The position numbers and the translations under genes are program-made. From an uncultured Pseudomonadota bacterium (GTDB lineage: Bacteria; Oederibacteriota; Muellerivitia; Muellerivitales; Muellerivitaceae), in contig CAWJKT010000003.1 of the NCBI GenBank assembly GCA_963843375.1, forward strand, positions 96,001-160,000: a DNA stretch of 64,000 bases, given 5' to 3'. Positions 1-10,812 of this stretch are shown here, in pieces. The first letter of the stretch is position 1, and each line of letters opens with the position of its first letter. The notes under the pieces were generated by a model. That model searched no databases and had not been told where the DNA came from. It saw only the letters and a list, made by a program, of their open reading frames with translations.

Positions 1-907
1 AGCTACCATTCTTAGCACATTGTCCCCTTCGGAATGTCCATAGGTGTCGTTAAACTTCTTGAAATGGTCAATGTCAACCATGGCCAAGGCATAATGGCCC
101 GAAAGAGTGTGAAGCCTCTCGTCCATTGCCTGCCGGTTGGAAACGGCGGTGAGAGGGTCCAAGATAGACTTTCTGAACATACATCCGCAACAAGGCGAAG
201 AGGAGAACTCCCGTCATGGCGGCGAAGGCGATAATGATATGGGAAACCAGAGAAGTCTTTGTGGCGGTATTGCCGTTGATCAGGTTGGCCTGTATGCAAA
301 AGAAGAAGGGTACGAATGTGGTCATGAGGGCAATCAGAAAAGATTTGATTTTTAGATCGGGAAGATACGTAATGACCAAAAGAAATATTCCGGTCGCCAC
401 CCATGAAAGCTTGGGAATGGAGGTTGCCTGGGCAGGGGTAGCAGGCCCCCAGAAAAAAAGATTCTGAAATACATCCGGGGCCCAGCTAAATAGACAAACG
501 AAAAGAAGGAAAGGGAAAAGGGCCAAGAGAAACCGGGCCAGACTCAGGTCGCTCCAAAGCCGACTTTCCTTAAAAAGATAAATTATGCACAGAGCGAGCG
601 GATAAGACACGCTTACGATTTGAAGAGTTTGGGCCCAGCCTGTAGCTGTGACGGTGAAGATGTTAGGATGAAGGAGATAATAATAAAAAGCTAAGAGAAG
701 GAGGGTGGACCAAAAGACGCGGGTTTGGTTGATTTGCCACCCCAGAATCGCGATCAAGGTGAGACCCACATAGGGAGCGAAAATAAGGAAATCAGTGATG
801 GCGCGATGGGAGACGATTTCGGGGCTTAATGGAGGAAGAAAATAAAAAAAAAGCGGAACAAAACCGACTAAAAGGTATATGCAAGCCCATTTGGCTTTTT
901 CGGACAC
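1..907 (-). CDS. Multi-pass membrane diguanylate cyclase (GGDEF domain); frameshifted near 160 and running off the window edge
   Basis: ORF 74..907 has ~8 hydrophobic helices. Removing one G near 160 gives YLDPLTAVSNRQAMDERL...LAMVDIDHFKKFNDTYGHSEGDNVLRMVA, the canonical start of a GGDEF domain. Confidence 0.85.
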
Positions 908-1067
908 GGTTGATCCTTAAGGGGAATTCAAGAAAGCGAACGGCTTAATTTAATGGTCCTGGAGTTATTTGTAAATGAAAGTCCGCGATTTAAAAGAGCA
1001 TCGGGTGGTTTTTGGGGGGCTTGTTGGATCGACTGCCCCCGACATATCAGATTGGATGGTTTCCTAG

Positions 1068-1877
1068 ATGGGGCTATTTAATATTTTTTCTAGAAAAAAA
1101 ACTGTTGAAAATGTCAATCTCGAAAAAGTGATGTTGGAAATGTCCCGGCATCCAGACATGAAAGTAAGACGAGTGTTATATTCTGAATTGTTGAAGAGCA
1201 TCCTACTTCTTCCAACTCCCGGCCCCTTGGAAGCGTCCTCAAGCGGAATTCCTTTGAAAGAAGTGCAACTAGTAACCCAGCCTGGTACCCAAAATGAGGT
1301 GGTTTGGATTGTTTTTACCAACAGGACCGCGCTTCAACAGTGGCGTCATCACCACGAGGATGCTTATATTGCGATCCAGGGAAGCTCGTTATTCGCGCTG
1401 GCGGTTCAAAACCGGGTGGAAAGTATTTTGATCAACCCAGCTGGGCCTATCGGCGGGAAAATCACGAGAATGGAATTGCAAATGTTGGCCGAAGGAACAT
1501 TTCCTGGGATGGGAGATGGCAAAACCCACACAATTGGAACCAAGGAACAGACCTCGATTAGGATGGGCACCCCGGTTGAACCCTTAAAACCGGGGTTGGC
1601 GGAATATCTCCATAATCATCTTGTTAAAAATGAAGAGGTGTTAGCCGGTTATGTGGCGGCGATGATAATCGGGAGGGGAAAGGCTCATTTAATCCTGGGC
1701 ATCGAATTCGTTTTGGTGCCCCACAAAAATGCCAAACCAATTATGGATGCCATTGCCCTCGATATTCATGCTTTATTAGGTGACGGTGAGTATTTAGATA
1801 TGGTTCCTTTTGACATAAACCACGAGTGGAATGAATCCCTTAAGAAGTTCGGGATATTAGTTTACCGAAAGCAATAA
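1068..1877 (+). CDS. SseB family protein (SseB N-terminal plus SseB_C-like domain)
   Basis: Motifs VFTNRTALQQW and ESILINPAGP; C-terminal half YVAAM...HLILGIEF...YLDMVP. Confidence 0.7.
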   Translation: MGLFNIFSRKKTVENVNLEKVMLEMSRHPDMKVRRVLYSELLKSILLLPTPGPLEASSSGIPLKEVQLVTQPGTQNEVVWIVFTNRTALQQWRHHHEDAYIAIQGSSLFALAVQNRVESILINPAGPIGGKITRMELQMLAEGTFPGMGDGKTHTIGTKEQTSIRMGTPVEPLKPGLAEYLHNHLVKNEEVLAGYVAAMIIGRGKAHLILGIEFVLVPHKNAKPIMDAIALDIHALLGDGEYLDMVPFDINHEWNESLKKFGILVYRKQ

Positions 1878-1908
1878 AGATAGAATTTGCGTTGGGGTTT
1901 TAACGCGC

Positions 1909-2070
1909 TTAAGGCGTGGCGGTGGGTGTTGTGGTTGGTGTTGAGGTTGGATTGCCGTATTGAACGGGGTATTGAGGACCAACGGTGGGGCACCCTATAG
2001 AAATAAATGACAATAGGGAACAACCCGTGCAAAAAGCCAGGATGCGAGCCAGGATACGTAGGCGGTTCAT
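1909..2070 (-). CDS. Small 53-aa secreted protein or lipoprotein with Thr/Pro tail (not in ORF track)
   Basis: RBS GAGGTGA then ATG; translates as MNRLRILARILAFCTGCSLLSFISIGCPTVGPQYPVQYGNPTSTPTTTPTATP*. Confidence 0.6.
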   Translation of the reverse strand: MNRLRILARILAFCTGCSLLSFISIGCPTVGPQYPVQYGNPTSTPTTTPTATP

Positions 2071-2579
2071 AATCACCTCACCGGGAATATAGATAACGCA
2101 AAATTATCTTACTTATGTCCCCAAGGTTCAAGGAAGCCTTGAAAAAATATAGAAGGCAATTCCATCCGAGGATCTAGATTTAGTTGAGTTTTATTGATTC
2201 TGGACATTGAATACAGGGTCTTAGTTATAAATCTTGATTGTTTTACGGCTAAAACATTGCCTGTTATTGGATGAAAAGCATTCGGCGCCTATCCGCGGTG
2301 TTTTGCCGGAAGGTTGTTCGAGTATTTACGGGATTTGGTCCTTATTTAAATATTAAGATTATTATTGTGTCGCGAATTCAGGATTGAAAGAACTCAAAAT
2401 TTACGATTCGAATATCTTTTTGAAAATTTTTAAATTGATTTGATTAATTCCTTTGAAACGTCTTAGGCTTTTACTTCTTGTCCTTCGCTCTAGAAGCCCT
2501 TACGATAGGGCACGAATACGACTGTTTTCCCCTTCGCACTCAAAAATGATTTACAAAAGCTGGCGTCTAGGAGATTTAT

Positions 2580-3620
2580 ATGAAATCCGCAAAATCGGTT
2601 ACTTACAAATCCGCTGGAGTAAACATCGACGCCGGCAACGAAACCGTTAACCGCATCAAAAAACAAGTAGCCTCGACTTTTAATGAAAATGTATTGTCGG
2701 ATATCGGTCTCTTTGGCGGGTTGTTTGAATTCAAGTCGAAGAACTATAAAAAGCCAGTTCTTGTCTCTTCCACGGACGGTGTGGGGACCAAAATTCAAAT
2801 CGGCGTGGCCATGGGAAAGTTCAAAAGCCTGGGTCGTGACATTGTAGGCCATTCCATTAATGACATACTCGTACAAGGGGCCAAACCCCTTTTTTTCCTG
2901 GATTACCTCGCCGCGGGAAAGTTGGACCCAACGGTTGTTGAGGAGATCGTTTCCGGCATGGCGGAAGAATGTCGAAAGGCGGGGGTTGCCCTTATTGGTG
3001 GTGAAACGGCTGAAATGCCATCGGTGTATCGGGAAGGGGATTACGACATTGCCGGAACCATTGTTGGCGTCGTGGAAAAGAAAAAAATCATCCGGGGGGA
3101 AGAAGTGGAACCCGGAGATATTTGTATTGGATTACCATCCGTTTCCCTTCACACCAACGGCTATTCCCTGGCTCGAAAAATCGTTTTGGACGTGGTGGGG
3201 TTAAAATACACTGACCGAGTGTCCGAATTGAACGGAGTGATCGGGGACATCCTACTGACGCCCCACAAATCCTATTTCCATGAAATCTATCCAACATTGG
3301 ATGAGGTAAATATCAAGGCTATGGCCCATATCACGGGCGGGGGGTTAATTGATAATCCTCCCCGTGTACTTCCAGAGGGTTGCCGTATACGCTTTAAAGA
3401 GGGGTCCTGGAAGGTTTTGCCGGTTATGGACTGGCTCATCAAAAAGGGCAATGTTCCAATTGAAGACGCCTACCGGACCTTTAACATGGGATTGGGCATG
3501 GTGTTAATTGTCGGTCCTAAGAAGGTGGAAAAAGCCTTGAGGAAACTCAGAAAGAATGGTGCAAATCCCGTGGTTGTCGGAGAGGTCATAGAGGGGAAAA
3601 AAGGCGTGGAATTTGTCTGA
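2580..3620 (+). CDS. purM: Phosphoribosylformylglycinamidine cyclo-ligase (AIR synthetase)
   Basis: TYKSAGVNID, STDGVGTK, GGETAEMP, HITGGG, RTFNMGLG motifs. Confidence 0.97.
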   Translation: MKSAKSVTYKSAGVNIDAGNETVNRIKKQVASTFNENVLSDIGLFGGLFEFKSKNYKKPVLVSSTDGVGTKIQIGVAMGKFKSLGRDIVGHSINDILVQGAKPLFFLDYLAAGKLDPTVVEEIVSGMAEECRKAGVALIGGETAEMPSVYREGDYDIAGTIVGVVEKKKIIRGEEVEPGDICIGLPSVSLHTNGYSLARKIVLDVVGLKYTDRVSELNGVIGDILLTPHKSYFHEIYPTLDEVNIKAMAHITGGGLIDNPPRVLPEGCRIRFKEGSWKVLPVMDWLIKKGNVPIEDAYRTFNMGLGMVLIVGPKKVEKALRKLRKNGANPVVVGEVIEGKKGVEFV

Positions 3621-3867
3621 CTTTCATCCGACATGATGTTGGTTGTGGTTAAGCTCATTTGAGGTTGATGCCTTTTGCCCTACATACAAAAGAAGGTTGA
3701 AAACTCAAGTTGGTTTTTAACCTTCTTTGATTTTGTTTATTCTTCCTCGTTACAAACTTTGGCCAAAAAATTTTACGCATTCTCCTTGGGTTTTACCTTA
3801 TTCCTTATTCTACAAGCCTTTAGCCTTTTTAAAAGGCGCGTGATCCAATTCTCCCAAGTGGAATTTT

Positions 3868-5908
3868 ATGAATGAAATAAAAAAAAGTTCGAAAGGAATG
3901 CAGGGCTGGATTTTAGCCCTGGAGCGTGCCCCTCAGTTCCTTTCGGTCTTGCTGATTTTTATCCTGCCGTTTTTGACACAGTGGCAAGGCACTGACAAGC
4001 TTTTGCCAAAGTGGACTATTACCCAACTTCTTGTTTTACTCGTGCTAAGCACCTGGGTTTTAAGGGTGGCTTTAACCGGGAAATTAACCTGGGTCTATTC
4101 CCGGGCTCATTTGGTTCTTTTGATCCTGATGATTTGGATTGTCCTGACCTGTTTTCTTTCTCCCTATCCTCAAATCGGATTTTTAGCTATTCGGGAAGAT
4201 GCGGTATATCCCATTTGGTATCTGCTGTTGACTTTCACCTGCATTGAGCTTTGGCGTGCTGAAAATCTTTTAATTGGACTTCTCATTTCAGGGTTTTTGA
4301 CGAGCCTCTGGGCTATAAGCCAGGTGCTGGGCTTTGGAAACGAACCTTGGGAAACGCTAGTAAAGACTCAATTCAACGGAAGAGCCATCTCCGGAATGGG
4401 AAATCCGGATTTTCTTGCTGGTTTTTTACTTGTCGTTTGGCCGCTGGTTCTGGCCCTTTTACTAAGGTTCAGGACGAAGTTCTCCTTGTTTTTTTGGAGC
4501 TTTTTATTGGTGGCCGATCTTTTGGCTCTTTTGTGTACCGGTAGTCAGACGGGATACTTTGGATTTATTGCGGGAGTATTTGTTTTTGCACTCTTCAGCC
4601 TTAAAAACCGGTTGAAGGAGACCTCACTATGGCTATTTCTGCTTTTTGGATTTTTGACGCTTTCTTTTTTTCTACCGCCTATGGCTGGACGACTTCAAGA
4701 ACTATTAAGCAAAAAGAATGAGGTTTTCCAATTTCAAGAACAAGTTTGGTCAGGAACCATAGACATGGTGAAGAGAAATCCTGTTTTCGGAGTAGGATAT
4801 GGGGCCTACGCTTCAGTCTTTCCATCACACAGGCCTGTTGGGCTCGTGCTTCATCCGGTGCAAGAAAGTGATGGGGCAAAACATGGTTACAATTGGGTTT
4901 TGGAATGGACTGCTGAGACGGGTTTAATTGGACTATTACTTTTGTTGCTTTTTTGGTTTTATGTCTTTGCCCAATGGTGGAAGCTTTACAAGGCCAATGC
5001 CATTCCAAAGTTTTTAGCGGTTGGCTTTTTTGCGACGGCATTCGGAGTCGCAATCGACAACCTTTTCGAGAACAACAGTTATGAACCTTTTATCCGTGTT
5101 CCTTTGCTTTTCTTAGCGGCTTTCCCGGTGGCTCTTTCCCAAAGGTTTTACCGAATGGAAGGTTTTCCGATCCAGCTCAAAGAACTAGATCTCTCGAAAC
5201 TCAAAGCCTTTCTTTGGCCCGTGACAATTGTAATTATCAGCTTGGTGGTTTTTCGAATTGAAAATGTTTTTAAACGCCAAGAGGCCGATATTCTTCGCGA
5301 AAAGGCTTTTGTTTCAACCCAAATTGGAAAATGGGATGACGCAATAGACCTCTATAGCCAGGCTTTGAAATTGGACCCATCGGATTTTGATACCCGCTAT
5401 TTACGGGGTTCGGTTTATCTGGACCGGAACAAAGAAGGCGATCTTGATGCGGCGCTGACGGATTTTAAAGCCTTAAATACAGTGGCGCCGGACTATCATG
5501 CTTCTTCATTTTTACAATTACGAGGTTTTAAATGGATTGAAACGCGATGAAGACGCCAAAACCGAATTAAAGCGCGCAATTCGTTTGGACCCGATGCTGA
5601 TATATCTTTCGGATGATTTCAAAAAGGCCCGACAACTAACCGCAAACGAACATTTTTCCGAAGCATTAATCGTTTATCAGGGTTTGATTTTAGATTATCC
5701 TACCTGCGTTCCAATGTTGATCGACTACGCCAATTGTCTTGCCTTGACCCGGGATTTCGAGTCGGCTATTAACCTTTATCGAAGCGTTTTGATCTTGGAT
5801 CCCGGAAACATTAAAGCCTCCGATGATCTTCAAAAAGTGCGAGAGATCTTGCGGAGAACCAAAGAATTAAATCGCCCTAAAGCAAGTGTGCTTGGGAACG
5901 AACTGTAA
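3868..5908 (+). CDS. O-antigen ligase/Wzy_C-family membrane protein with C-terminal TPRs; frameshift near 5500
   Basis: ~12 TM helices with GRAISGMGNPDFLAG, PVFGVGYGAY and KHGYNWVLE (HAHN-like). TPRs continue in ORF 5498..5908. Confidence 0.75.
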
Positions 5909-5930
5909 CGTAAGTGTTCAGGAGAGTTTT

Positions 5931-6554
5931 TTGATCAAAATAGCAATATTTGCTTCCGGGGAGGGTTCAAACCTCCAGGCCCTAATCGACGCCCAGGACA
6001 CAGGGTTGTTTAAGGGCAAAATCGGCCTAATTTTCTCCAATGTTCCGGAATCGGGTGCGATGAAACGGGGCGAGAACCAGCGCATCGAATCCGTGGCCAT
6101 TGCCAGTAAAGGTTATCCGGGTAGCCGGGAGGAGTACGACAGAGAAGTTTTGGAGCTTTGTCAAAACAAAAAGATCGATCTGATATGTCTGGCAGGATAT
6201 ATGCGAATCCTGACGCCGGTTTTGATAAGGCCTTATCTTTACAAGATGATGAATATACATCCCGCTCTTCTGCCTAAATTCGGCGGGGAAGGAATGTATG
6301 GCCACCATGTGCATGAGGCGGTCATCAAGGCCAAAGAAAAAGAATCGGGTGCCACTGTACATTTTGTTACCGAGGGAGTGGATGCAGGCCCGATCATCCT
6401 TCAGGGAAACGTAAAGGTGTTGCCCGGCGACACGCAAGCAACCTTGGCGGAAAAGGTTTTAAGAGTCGAACATCATCTTTATCCCGAAGCAGTTCGCTTG
6501 TTCTGTGCAGGAAAAATCAAAGTAGGTGACGGACGCGTTAAAATCCAACCTTGA
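5931..6554 (+). CDS. purN: Phosphoribosylglycinamide formyltransferase
   Basis: IAIFASGEGSNLQAL, LAGYMRIL, NIHPALLP, DAGPII; TTG start after GGAG. Confidence 0.96.
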   Translation: MIKIAIFASGEGSNLQALIDAQDTGLFKGKIGLIFSNVPESGAMKRGENQRIESVAIASKGYPGSREEYDREVLELCQNKKIDLICLAGYMRILTPVLIRPYLYKMMNIHPALLPKFGGEGMYGHHVHEAVIKAKEKESGATVHFVTEGVDAGPIILQGNVKVLPGDTQATLAEKVLRVEHHLYPEAVRLFCAGKIKVGDGRVKIQP

Positions 6555-6563
6555 GGTGAAAGA

Positions 6564-8138
6564 ATGGCTGAAGACAAAGTTAAAATAAAACGGGCTTTGT
6601 TGAGTGTTTCTGACAAAACGGGGTTAATTGATTTCGCAAAACAATTAGTCCAACATGGAGTGGAGCTCATTTCGACTGGAGGGACCGCGAAGGCCATCAA
6701 GGACGCCGGCTTGGCTGTAAAAGATATTTCCGAAGTTACCGGTTTTCCCGAAATGCTGGACGGTCGCGTTAAAACCCTTCACCCGGTGGTACATGGCGGC
6801 CTTTTGGCCCTTCGGGACAACATCGAGCATATGGAAACCATCGCCAAATACAATATCAAACCCATCGACTTGGTTTGTGTGAATCTCTATCCATTTGAGG
6901 CCACTATTTCCAAACTCAATGTTGAATTGCATGAAGCCATTGAGAACATCGATATCGGCGGCCCTTCCATGATTCGTTCGGCTTCGAAAAACTATCGAAG
7001 TGTCACGGTGGTTACCTCGGCCTCTCAATATGCTGCCGTGGTCCGGGAAATGACTGAGAACGACGGCGCCACAACTTTTAAATTGAGGCAGGAACTCGCC
7101 ATAGAGGCTTTCGGCAACACCGCTCGTTACGACGGTACCATTCATGAATATCTTCACCGCCGTCTTTCTGAAAAGAAATGGCCGGATATTTTCACCATGT
7201 CCGGGTTAAAGGTTCAAGAAATGCGTTATGGAGAAAATCCCCACCAGCCTGCGGCTTTCTACAAGGATCGCAATAACATGCTACCCACCATTGCCAATGG
7301 GAAACAATTGCAGGGTAAGGAACTTTCCTATAACAACATCATGGACGCGGATTCGGCCCTAACTCTGATTAAAGAATTTGATGATCCAGCGACAACCATC
7401 ATCAAGCATACCAACCCTTGTGGCACCGCTATTGGCGAGAATATAGGGGAAGCTTTTGCAAAAGCCTTTGCTGCCGACCCCATCTCCGCATTCGGCGGTA
7501 TCGTGGCGGTCAATCGTCCTGTTTCAGAAAACACGGCTAAGTTAATTTTGGAAAAACTTAGCTTTTTCGAGATCATGCTGGCCCCTTCGTACGAAGTGGG
7601 GGCTTTGAAGATTTTTGAGGCCCGAAAAAATCTCAGGGTCATGTCCGTGGAAGGCCTTGGAAAATCAAAAGAAACCATATCTGGATATCATGTGCGGCGC
7701 GTGGAAGGGGGGTATCTGGTTCAAGATTTCGATCAAGTGGTGGAGGATAAATCACAATTTAAGGTGGTCACCCAGATGCAACCCGACCCAAAATTATCAA
7801 AAGATATGGATTTTGGTTGGAAGCTCGTAAAACACGTTAAGTCCAACGCCATTGTTTTGGTTAAAGACGGAGTTTCCATCGGAGTGGGTGCCGGCCAAAT
7901 GAATAGAGTGGGGTCACTTGAAATTGCCATCCAACAGGCAGGGTCTATGGCCAAAGGAAGCGTGATGGCTTCCGATGCATTATTGCCATTTAGGGATAGT
8001 GTAGATGCTTGCGCAAAGGCCGGGGTTTCCGCGATCATTCAAACCGGAGGAAGCGTGAGAGATGCTGAAGTTATCGAGGCCGCTAACCATCATGGTATTC
8101 CGATGATCTTTACTTCTTATCGTCATTTTAAACATTAA
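6564..8138 (+). CDS. purH: Bifunctional AICAR transformylase/IMP cyclohydrolase
   Basis: RALLSVSDKTG, GRVKTLHP, IDIGGPSM, RYGENPHQ, RHFKH C-terminus. Confidence 0.98.
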   Translation: MAEDKVKIKRALLSVSDKTGLIDFAKQLVQHGVELISTGGTAKAIKDAGLAVKDISEVTGFPEMLDGRVKTLHPVVHGGLLALRDNIEHMETIAKYNIKPIDLVCVNLYPFEATISKLNVELHEAIENIDIGGPSMIRSASKNYRSVTVVTSASQYAAVVREMTENDGATTFKLRQELAIEAFGNTARYDGTIHEYLHRRLSEKKWPDIFTMSGLKVQEMRYGENPHQPAAFYKDRNNMLPTIANGKQLQGKELSYNNIMDADSALTLIKEFDDPATTIIKHTNPCGTAIGENIGEAFAKAFAADPISAFGGIVAVNRPVSENTAKLILEKLSFFEIMLAPSYEVGALKIFEARKNLRVMSVEGLGKSKETISGYHVRRVEGGYLVQDFDQVVEDKSQFKVVTQMQPDPKLSKDMDFGWKLVKHVKSNAIVLVKDGVSIGVGAGQMNRVGSLEIAIQQAGSMAKGSVMASDALLPFRDSVDACAKAGVSAIIQTGGSVRDAEVIEAANHHGIPMIFTSYRHFKH

Positions 8139-8164
8139 TATAATAATATCGTCATTAAAACTAT

Positions 8165-9478
8165 TTGGAGGTTGGCTTGGTTATCTTGGTCGTTGGTTCC
8201 GGGGGCCGGGAGCATGCCATTTGTTGGTCGCTTTCCAAATCCAAACGAAATCCTAAAATCTATTGTGCCCCTGGGAATGCAGGAATCGCGCAAATTGCCG
8301 AATGCTTGGATATTTTAGCGGATGACATTCCTTCATTAGTGAAATGGGCGAATGAACACGATCCCAATTTAATCGTGATCGGACCGGAAGTTCCCCTTTG
8401 CTTAGGTTTAGCCGACGAGCTTTTAAAAGATGGGTTCCAGGTTTTTGGACCCACAAAAGACGGAGCTCAAATGGAGGGAAGCAAGGATTTCACCAAGAAA
8501 ATATTAATGGAAAATAATATTCCTACCGCAAATGCCAGGACCTTTACCGATTATAAAAAGGCATTGGCTTATTTGAGGTCTCAAGGCGCGCCGATTGTGA
8601 TCAAGGCCGATGGATTAGCCTCTGGTAAGGGTGTGACGGTTTGTGAAACCCTTCAACAGGCAGAAACCGCTTTAGATGAATCAATGAAGAAAAAGGTCTT
8701 TGGAGATGCCGGAGCCAAAGTAGTGATCGAAGAGTTCTTAATGGGGGAAGAAGCCTCCATTCTGGCCTTTGTGGATGGCGAAAGTATAGTTCCCATGGTC
8801 AGCGCTCAGGATCACAAACGAGTGTTTGAGGGTGATAAGGGTCCTAATACGGGGGGCATGGGAGCTTATTCGCCCGCTCCCGTTATTACCGAAAAACTCA
8901 GTAAGGAAATTCTCGAGAAAATCCTTAAACCTACACTTGAGGCTTTAAAGAAAAAGGGGATCATCTATAAAGGGGTTTTATATGCTGGGCTCATGATCAC
9001 GAAAGAAGGCCCCAAAGTGATCGAATACAACTGCCGATTTGGTGATCCCGAAACGCAGGTGATATTGCCCCTTTTGAAAACCGATTTAGTGAATATCTGT
9101 ATGGCGGTGGCGCAGGGCAAACTATCCCACTTGAAAATTGAGTGGGAAGAAAGCCAAGCGGTTTGTGTGGTGATAGCTTCCAAAGGATATCCGGGGTCTT
9201 ACCCAAAAGGAAAAATCATCGAAGGCCTTGAAAAAGCTGTCCAAAACCCTGAAACCTATGTTTTTCACTCTGGAACGGTGTTGGAAGGCGAAAAAACAAA
9301 GACTTCGGGCGGAAGGGTCCTATGCGTGACGGGTGTCGGAAAAACCCTTCGACAAGCCGTTGAAAAGGCTTATCGGGCTGTCAGTGACATCCGCTTTGAA
9401 GGAGCCTATTACCGAAAGGATATCGCATGGCGAGCATTGAAAAGCAAACATGCGGGATTACATGCTAAAAAAGATTAA
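8165..9478 (+). CDS. purD: Phosphoribosylamine-glycine ligase
   Basis: VGSGGREHA, KADGLASGKGV, GPNTGGMGAYSP, RFGDPETQ. Confidence 0.97.
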   Translation: MEVGLVILVVGSGGREHAICWSLSKSKRNPKIYCAPGNAGIAQIAECLDILADDIPSLVKWANEHDPNLIVIGPEVPLCLGLADELLKDGFQVFGPTKDGAQMEGSKDFTKKILMENNIPTANARTFTDYKKALAYLRSQGAPIVIKADGLASGKGVTVCETLQQAETALDESMKKKVFGDAGAKVVIEEFLMGEEASILAFVDGESIVPMVSAQDHKRVFEGDKGPNTGGMGAYSPAPVITEKLSKEILEKILKPTLEALKKKGIIYKGVLYAGLMITKEGPKVIEYNCRFGDPETQVILPLLKTDLVNICMAVAQGKLSHLKIEWEESQAVCVVIASKGYPGSYPKGKIIEGLEKAVQNPETYVFHSGTVLEGEKTKTSGGRVLCVTGVGKTLRQAVEKAYRAVSDIRFEGAYYRKDIAWRALKSKHAGLHAKKD

Positions 9479-9623
9479 AGCGTTTTTGGTTTTTTGAAAA
9501 TGCTTTGCATTCTTGTTTCAAATGTGTGAAATATATTGGTTTTTGTGCTGAAAAATACGTATTTCTTTGAGAAGATTAACTTAGGGGCTTATAAATATTA
9601 ACGAGAAAGCGTACTTTGGACGA

Positions 9624-10289
9624 ATGGAAAAAAACATGAGTGAAAAAACTAACTTCAAATCCTTACCTTATTCCCCGGCCAATTTGATCCAAGTTGCGAA
9701 AGTCATCAAGGACGGAGGAATTGCCGTTTTCCCGACTGACACCGTTTATGATATCGGTTGTTCGGTCAAGAAGCCCGAGGCTCTTAAGCGCATTTTCAAA
9801 CTTAAGGACCGTCCCTTGAGCCAGTCTCTATCTATCCTAATTTCCAGGCCCGAAGTTGCCCTGGAGATTGCAGATTTTAAAGATAAGGACATGGAAGTTC
9901 TAAAGAAAATCTGGCCGGGTCCTTGGACATTGATTACAAAAGTCAAAGCGCAACTGGCGCAAGGTGGAGTAGGGCCGGATGGAACCGTTGCCCTTCGGTG
10001 TCCCGATCATGGTATCGCCCTTGAGCTTTTACGTACTGCAGGGGATACCTTAGCGGTTTCCAGTGCGAATTACTCGGGGGACAAAAGTCCGGTCCGTTTT
10101 GACGAAGTTGATCCCGAAGTTCTTGAAAAAGTGGATGTCGCTTTGGATGCGGGGATTTGCCCTCTAGGGGGTGAAACGGCCATCGCAAAATTCGATAAAA
10201 AGCGGGTATCTATCATCCGAACCGGTTGTGTTTCCAAGGATGAAGTTACCCGAGTAGAGGCTCTTTTAACCCAGCTGACACAAGAATAA
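9624..10289 (+). CDS. tsaC: L-threonylcarbamoyladenylate synthase (Sua5/YrdC family)
   Basis: VFPTDTVY, KLKDRP, WPGPWT, SSANYSG. Confidence 0.85.
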   Translation: MEKNMSEKTNFKSLPYSPANLIQVAKVIKDGGIAVFPTDTVYDIGCSVKKPEALKRIFKLKDRPLSQSLSILISRPEVALEIADFKDKDMEVLKKIWPGPWTLITKVKAQLAQGGVGPDGTVALRCPDHGIALELLRTAGDTLAVSSANYSGDKSPVRFDEVDPEVLEKVDVALDAGICPLGGETAIAKFDKKRVSIIRTGCVSKDEVTRVEALLTQLTQE

Positions 10290-10307
10290 AGCATAAGGGA
10301 AGAAGAG

Positions 10308-10759
10308 TTGTCTAAAAAGGTATTGTTTGTTTGCACTGGAAATACCTGCCGCAGTCCCATGGCTGAGGGTTTATTGAAAAAGATGGCCCACGAAAATCAG
10401 ATTCCATTGGAAGTTCAATCCGCCGGTTTGGCGGCCTTTGCCGGCGTTCCGGCGGCATTGGAAGCGGTGGAGGCCTGCAGGGAAAAGGGAATCGACATTT
10501 CCCGACACTAAGCCAACCTTTGAGCAAAATCTTGGTCATGGAAAGCGATTTGATTTTAACTATGACAGAGAAACACAAGGAAATGATTCTCAAGAAGATG
10601 CCTTTTTTGGAAACCAAGGTTTTTCTTTTGTCTGAATTCGCTGGCTCGGGAAACCAAGATGTGGAGGATCCCATTGGGCAGTCTTTGGAGTCTTATCGGA
10701 AAACTTTAGACCTGATGGAAAGTTATATCCAAATGGCCTTAGAGCGGTTTAAAAACTAA
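10308..10759 (+). CDS. Low-molecular-weight protein arginine/tyrosine phosphatase (YwlE-like); frameshift near 10510
   Basis: VLFVCTGNTCRSPMAE P-loop in 10308..10511; DLILTMT and DVEDPIG in 10520..10759. Confidence 0.88.
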
Positions 10760-10812
10760 AGTGTTTTAGAAGTGAATATTGGCTGTTTAAAAAGAATAAT
10801 TTGAGGGAAAAA

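Noticed and set aside
2071..2579. Purine, ZTP or PRPP riboswitch upstream of purM
   Set aside because: The intergenic region is AT-rich and I could not find a recognisable aptamer consensus or terminator by eye; an Rfam scan would settle it.
3675..3875. 66-aa Phe-rich ORF between purM and the ligase-like gene
   Set aside because: TTG start, low-complexity T-rich sequence and no recognisable motif; probably intergenic.
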